Made by a program: the position numbers and the translations under genes. A DNA stretch of 64,000 bases from Marsupella aquatica (Eukaryota > Plantae > Marchantiophyta): contig OZ316891.1 in assembly GCA_973895155.1 (NCBI GenBank), positions 10,851,875 through 10,915,874 of the forward strand. The letters are read 5' to 3'. The notes below the pieces were generated by a model. It was not told the DNA's origin, searched no databases, and saw nothing but the letters and a program-made list of their open reading frames with translations. This document shows, piece by piece, positions 53,828 through 64,000 of this stretch. Position 1 is the first letter of the stretch, and the number at the start of each line of letters is the position of its first letter.

Positions 53828-54004
53828 ATCAATAAAGACCTCATCATGTGTATTCTCTTCAAAATATTGTATCAAGTGTGAATGTTATTCTTTCACTTTT
53901 GTATTTAACAGCATCTTTTACTTCATAATGTCTTTGACTAATGACATGTTTTACTTATTGACCATATTGTACTCACAACATTTTTATACTTAGCCAATTT
54001 TTTT

Positions 54005-54330
54005 CTCAACAACTTCTTGGGCAGCATAACATCTTTTCTCTCAACACCTCTTGGCCGGCACAACATCTTTTCTCACCACGACCTCTTGGCTGGCACAACA
54101 TCTTTTGTCTCCACGACCGCTTGGCTGGCATGACATCTTTTCTCTCCACGACCTCTTGGCTGGCACAACATCTTTTCTCTCCACGACCGCTTGGCCGACA
54201 CGACGTACATCTTTTCTCTCCACGACTTTTTGGCGGACACGACATCTTTTTTTCTCAACGACATCTTGGCCAACACATCTTTTTTTCTTAACGATATCTT
54301 GGCCGACATGACATCTTGGACGCCACGACT
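54005..54330. repeat. Helitron 3' minisatellite (~30-35-bp unit)
   Basis: ACGACCTCTTGGCTGGCACAACATCTTTTCTCTCC-like units, about 10 copies. Confidence 0.85.
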
Positions 54331-54361
54331 TCTTTTGTGCAACGCACGGGTATTGAGCTAG

Positions 54362-54720
54362 TGACAAATAAATTCATGGACTATTAATATGGTAGTCCAT
54401 AATTTGTTTTTGAGTCTTTCACAAATGGCCATAGCTTGTTCATAGGGTTGGGTTATGTAAAACTGTTCTTTATTGTTTTTTTCATTGGCCTCTAGGGTGA
54501 CTTATGGTCATGGCATATGACAAATAAAATTCATGGACAATGAATTTGGTAGTCCATAACTTTCGAGTCCTTCACAAATGGCCATAGTTTTTTTGTAGTA
54601 TTATGTAAAATGGTTTTTTGTGTTTTGGTTTCATTGGCCTCTAGGGTGACTCATGGTGGTGGCATATGATATGTAAATATATGGACTATGAATTTGGTAG
54701 TCCATAACTTTTTGAGCCCT
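54362..54720. repeat. Tandem repeat (~150-bp unit), right part
   Basis: Same units as 45620-45829. Confidence 0.85.
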
Positions 54721-56912
54721 TAACCTCAATTACCAAGTTAGTAATTTTTCTGTCTGTCACCTTATCTACCACCTTATCTACCAAGTTAAGGTACATCAAA
54801 TTTTGAAGTTTGAGAACCCGTACCAGAGTCTGTACATCACATCACTCCGGTGTATAGCCTAATTACACCTTCCTTGACTGAATTAGATATGATCACAAAA
54901 AATGACATTGCCCCCAAAAAATTATACTATTTCCTTTTCATATTTTCCCCATCATCACTTGTTTCTTCCCCATTCGTCTTTGCCACATCATCCCTGGTTT
55001 TTTGTGACATTGCGAAACCAAATTCCTTACTATTTCCCATTCATGTCTGCCCCATCATCCTTGCTTGTGTGCATCCTCACTTTCACTTATCCTTTAGAGT
55101 TACACTTGACCCCTATCCCTGTTTTTTACGAATGCTGAGGAAGTTCACATAAATGAAGCACTGTAACAAAGTGACTTCTCATAAATATCGAACAAAATAT
55201 AGTAATTATGGATGTGGCTTTCACACAGTTCAACTTGACTTCATTTTTAAAAGCAAGGTTGGAGGCTGTCCATGTGCAAGGGAGTGATTGGGTGCGCACA
55301 AGTTCTGAAGATTGAAGTCTACAAAGGAGGAACGTATCGTTGAGCCCATGGTCTCCTGTACATGAGTGAGAGATTCTTGCTTCCTCACTAGAAAAGAGTA
55401 CTCTAGCTCTGACTGTGGGGACACAATTGAATCGATTTTGGCTGCATGCCCAGCATGATCAATGTGGCCTGAGGTTTTCTCATCCTCAATTTTTAATTCA
55501 GTTCTCAAAAGTTTACCCTAACTGTTTACAGTAATGCTAAACCTTTTTCTGCATCCATTCAATCATTCTCAATCCTCAATTCAGTTTTGAAAGCTCTGTT
55601 CCGCATTTTGCTTCAAAATGTGTTCTCTAGATGAAATTCGTCGTGCCTGGCTCCAATTAGCGGTCACTCGAAGCGAGCTACCCAATGAGCCCAATATCGC
55701 TGATTTGCATCAGCGGTAAGGGAATTGCGAGTTTCTAGAAATTGGACTTACTCCTTGTCATCATATGTGGGAATTTCAACGGCTGTGTTAAAGGATTCAA
55801 AGCTTTTGGTTGTCTTAAGTATTGTGGAGTGAGGAAGGGGTAAACCTACAACCAAGGCAAAGCCAATTCAACCGAGAACTCAGAATGTCAATTGGAAACC
55901 TGAAACGAAATCAAGCTTATACATGTCAAGTTGCTTGCTTAAGTTTATGGATGGAATGTATTCACCATCCACACAAAACCCGCTATACAGGTAGTACACA
56001 GGAGATCCAGTGATATCAAATTACAGGTCATTTGGACAGAACTTTACAGTGTGTTTCCAAGCATTTTTTAGTGTTAAGCAGTCTACGGGGGTTGGGACAG
56101 TAATAAGAGCATAGTGACAAAGGTGACAGTCCATGGGAGTTCGTTTTCTGGATGCTAACTATTTAGGAAATTAGGAAATCAATTCCTCAGGAAGTTATTA
56201 ATACCCCGGAAACTATTTAGGAAATTTAAAATTAAACTACTGTAATTTCGATAGGAAATGTAATACCAATAATTATACCCAGAGCACATTTCGGAAAAGG
56301 GATTCATGCACTATAGGATCATCTTGATCCTCGTGCGTTCTCATTGATCTCATCTTAGCTAGCTGAATCAAATACAGGAAATAATGCACAAGTTATCCCT
56401 TTGTCGAATTGACAACTGTCTCCTGGGAACAAAGAATTTGACTATGACTGTGTAAACAAAAGCAGAGGGATCATACATCATATGATCATCTTCATCCTCT
56501 CGTGTTCTCATTGCTCTTAACTTGGATTGCTTAAATCTAGGAAATAATGCAAAAAGCTATACGTATCCGAATTGACCATTGTCCTGGGAACAAAGAGTTT
56601 GGTCATAATTGTGTGACGAACTTCAAAATGTATGCCATGCTCAACCTGTCATCCATCAAGGCCCCGGGTGCACCTTAAAAACAAATGGGTCTCATCACTT
56701 CACTGCGAAGAACCTTTCCCACGCTTGAGAACTGGGAAACCTTTGGAGGCAAGGTAACAGACGACATCCAAAACTGGCGCAACTCTGACCCACCTCGACA
56801 ATTTTGAGGTGACGTCATTCACTGCTTATGTGCACGGTTGTCCACGGAAAAAAAAAGCAAATCAAGACGTAACGGAGAAGGCACCTTTCGTGTACCTGCA
56901 TACCAGCAGTTT

Positions 56913-60736
<3,824 letters not shown>

Positions 60737-60777
60737 TTAAACTAGATGAGGTCCTTCGGTGAAACCAATTTCTACAC

Positions 60778-60943
60778 ATATCAAACGCACAACATTTCAG
60801 TACAGGTTGCAAAGAGAAGAGTTTCTGTAACAACATCGAACAGAGTCCTCAACAGAAAGGATATCAAACGCACAACACTTCAGTACAGGTTGCAAAGAGA
60901 AGAGTTTCTGTAACAACATCGAACAGAGTCCTCAACAGAAAGG
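60778..60943. repeat. Two-copy 83-bp tandem duplication upstream of the GDH start
   Basis: ATATCAAACGCACAACAYTTCAGTACAGG...CAACAGAAAGG occurs at 60778 and 60861. Confidence 0.9.
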
Positions 60944-63713
60944 AGCCATGAGGGAATAGTTAGCAACCAGGAGTGCTTTATGATCCAAGTAAAATGCCTC
61001 TTCGAATGCCACAGTTCGGGCAAAACATTGGTCGTCGTCAGGAAAAAGAAAATTTAAGGCACGCCAGCACCGTCTTAGTAGTAAGCTTCCCCGAATCAAT
61101 CAAAGGAGATGGACGAAGAATCTGACAGTCACATCGAAGGGAAAGGAAGCTGACAAATTCCATAGCAGACTGTCCTCGGTCATGATTGCCTACAAGAACA
61201 GAGATAGATGTTTTGCAACTTACAGTAGAGAGATGGTTTGCAACTTACTGTAGAGGTCAGTTTCTCCTTAAGTGGACGACAACCCTCAACAAGAGCTACA
61301 TTTACCGTTGGTAAATCATCGGAAACTGCTAGTAGGCGCCGAGCAAGTTGCAGGATGCTTCCAACTTATTGATGACAGAGGAGGCGGGTGGTGGGGAGGA
61401 TTGGGTGGCGAGGGAATGAGAAAATCGACACAAATTGTGACGCAAGAACAGAAATTCACTAATGGCTGGAACAAATCGCACGAGTCCAGCAACACTTGAA
61501 GCAACGAGCAACCGGGGAGCAAAGTGCTGCCAAAGCTCTGATCTATCGTTGTTTAAGCTCTTCCTTGCAGCTCGCGCATGATCGAAGGTTAAGTAAATGC
61601 TGAAATAAATAGGGCAGCTACATGCCAGACCCGTGAAGGAATTTTTATCCTTACAAAACCGTGATGAGATGGAAGCATGAAAAACTCTGTTGACACGAGT
61701 ACACGGTCGGTAGCACGCAAGGACATGGAAAACAACTAAGTTGACTGTGCCTAAGCAAAAGAAAAAGTGACGTGTAAGAATATTCGAGTTGTCGGTCCCA
61801 CACTACTCCCAAGCATTCTCCCCTAGCTTAGTACTTCCGCTGAATTCGCGTATTCGCGATTATGCTGTGCTCAAATACTTTGGATAAATTGAATGGAGGA
61901 CAAGATTCTCATGGTGCTAATGTCTTCGACTTGGGTGATTCAGTAGCCCGTTCAGTCGCGATAGTATTACAAGCAAAATCTGACTTCCGGGTGGGCTCAT
62001 TGACTGGACTCCCTGACAATTGTCTCCTGCAGCTGCTGGAAGGCCACTAGGAGCATCGACTAAAACACTTCTTCGGTTGCTGTAATACACCAAAACAATC
62101 CGATCGCATTCCTGCATCCCCTAATGTTTCGCACCAGCAACTCAAAGGATTTTATTTTATTGCTATGCCGTTCATGCTCTACTCATTCATCCGTTGATTT
62201 ATTCTACCATCTTCCTTACACACATTCTAAGATATCTAACAGGATTCGAGGATAAAGCCAAAGATGCTTTATCATAGACTTCACAGGATTTCAGCATGAC
62301 GACATTAGATAACTCACTATCGTCGTGGACACGGACGAAACAGCACCAAATAAACATGTGAATTAGAATCCATCCACTTGAGAGTTACGAACGTTCCCCT
62401 TCTCCAAAAAAACGCCAAACGGACGAGCACGAACTTCAACGGACTCGGCAGGGAGACATACAAACAATTTGACAAGATGTCAGCGTTAGCAATAGAGCGC
62501 ACTCACGGGCAGACAGCAAAGATTATTGTAGTGAATAGATTACGAAAGGCCTCTTACTGGACCACTGCAGCTAGATGATTCGCGTTCAAAGTCTAGTTCT
62601 AGAACCGTAACGATTACGTTCCGACGCGATCTCTTCTACATTAGAGCTGCTTTTCGAGCTGCAACTTCAACGCTTCCGTAATTGACTGCGATCATCGACA
62701 GTCCGGGGTCGTCCAGCAGTATTGAAGCTCCCCGACAAGAAAATCCCCGTCAAATTGCAACACGAGAAAAGCACGCGTGTCGAGCATTGAGCGAAGTTCA
62801 ATGGAATTACCGACACGTCAATACGAACATCGACCTTTCACGCGAGTCAGACGCGACTCAGGAAGAGTGGCTGTCAGTGGTCTAGCTGAATCGGTCTAGC
62901 TGAATCCAAAGCGCTCCGATTTAGCATTGAAAAACATTATTCGAGATAATTCCCGACAATTCTCACATAAAAGCTTACCAAAGGGATGTCGAGCAATTCG
63001 CCACTGCAAACCGGTCGTGAAGCTGTAATCTACAACGTGCTTGGCGATGGCGGCAACGGAGCTCAATTAGCGCGGAGATGCTCGTGCGGAGATGAAAATC
63101 CGCAGACCTACACAAAGCGGAACTGAAACTTGCGGGAAGTAAGACTCCGCTATACTTACACAATAAGCAAAATTACGGAAGAAACATCCAGCGGAGATAA
63201 GATCGTCAACCGCTTTCGATAGGAGAACTCACAACAAAACTATCGAGCGGAATTGGAGTGAATGCCCAAGGGAAAATCCCTCTCGAAGAACTCACCGTGG
63301 CTGCAGCCAGGAACAGAGGTTTCATCAAGCTAACAAGCTGACTTCCTGGGCGAAGACGCGTGCTCACTCACTCTTCACGCGGATTGGCTCCGCATTCTCT
63401 AAAATCGCCCTCCGAACAAGTTTCGTGGCTCGAACCACGAATAAGGCATTGGCGTGGAGCTTATATGAATTCTTAGCCGTAATCATCACTTCGGGAAACC
63501 TGGAGCACGTCGAGGCGATTTATGTGGGGGGAATGTTTTACGGTCTACGGATATGGTCACCGTCATGATGTGAAACGAATCGAGAGGAGAGGAGATTAGA
63601 GGAGAGGAGAGGAGAGGAGCAGTTCAGAGTTGGGATAGGCAGAGAAGCAATAGACCTCGGGGGTGGATTCATGACATGGAAAGCCTCATATTACACGGAG
63701 TCAGATTGGTGCT

Positions 63714-64000
63714 GACTAGGACTCAAACCTACTGTGCCCTCTTGGGCCAAAAAGGGCCAACTGGACTCATGTGTATAATTTTTGTTGGCCAACTGTCCTC
63801 ATGTGTATATTTTTTTTAGATCATCTATATCACATCACACGCCAAATTAGAAAAGAGGCCAAACAGAGAAACTAGGACTCAAACCAAGGGATGGCTGCCC
63901 TGAAGGGCCAACTGGACTCATTTGTATAATTTTTGTTGGTTATAATTTTTGTTGGCCAACTGGACTCATGTGTATAATCTATATCACCATCACACTGCCA
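63714..64000. repeat. Short repeats (GGCCAACTGGACTCATGTGTATAATTTTTGTT), probably a TE subterminal region running off the window
   Basis: About 4 copies, plus a repeated ACTAGGACTCAAACC. Confidence 0.6.

Larger units (their letters stand above)
45830..54361 (+). mobile_element. Helitron (autonomous-type, decayed), 8532 bp
   Basis: 5' TC at 45830. 3' hairpin GTGCAACGCAC followed by CTAG ending at 54361. Inserted between A45829 and T54362, so removal restores the host repeat CATGGCATA|TGACAAATAAATT. RepHel lies inside. Confidence 0.93.

Overview
Eukaryotic, intron-rich land-plant nuclear DNA. A non-seed plant such as a bryophyte is my inference, not shown directly. There are three conserved host genes: MED16/SFR6 (+, ~28.9-37.2 kb), an O-fucosyltransferase-family gene (-, ~39.5-44.4 kb) and NAD(H) glutamate dehydrogenase (-, 56.9-60.7 kb). 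Also present are an intronless fungal-type secreted beta-propeller gene (3.5-4.6 kb, HGT candidate) and an 8.5-kb Helitron with exact ends, inserted into a tandem repeat. The main finding is a ~19.6-kb DNA transposon (6934-26505), bounded by 25-bp TIRs and a 4-bp GCTA TSD (Sola-like). It encodes a DDE transposase now split into two oppositely oriented halves, which I interpret as an internal inversion. It also encodes a large spliced, now decayed, gene that appears to fuse a ParB/Srx-like domain, a prokaryotic-type N4/N6 DNA-methyltransferase-like domain and an FCP1/HAD phosphatase-like domain. A ~23-bp palindrome (AACCTCACGATnATCGTGAGGTT) occurs in the element's introns and as a ~77-bp-period array, and I did not see it outside the element. 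Together these suggest a candidate transposon self-recognition or self-marking system. Smaller features are three CTCGGGGG-ended MITEs with 8-bp TSDs and a mitochondrial rRNA/tRNA mosaic in a MED16 intron. All domain calls are from motif recognition by eye, not database searches.
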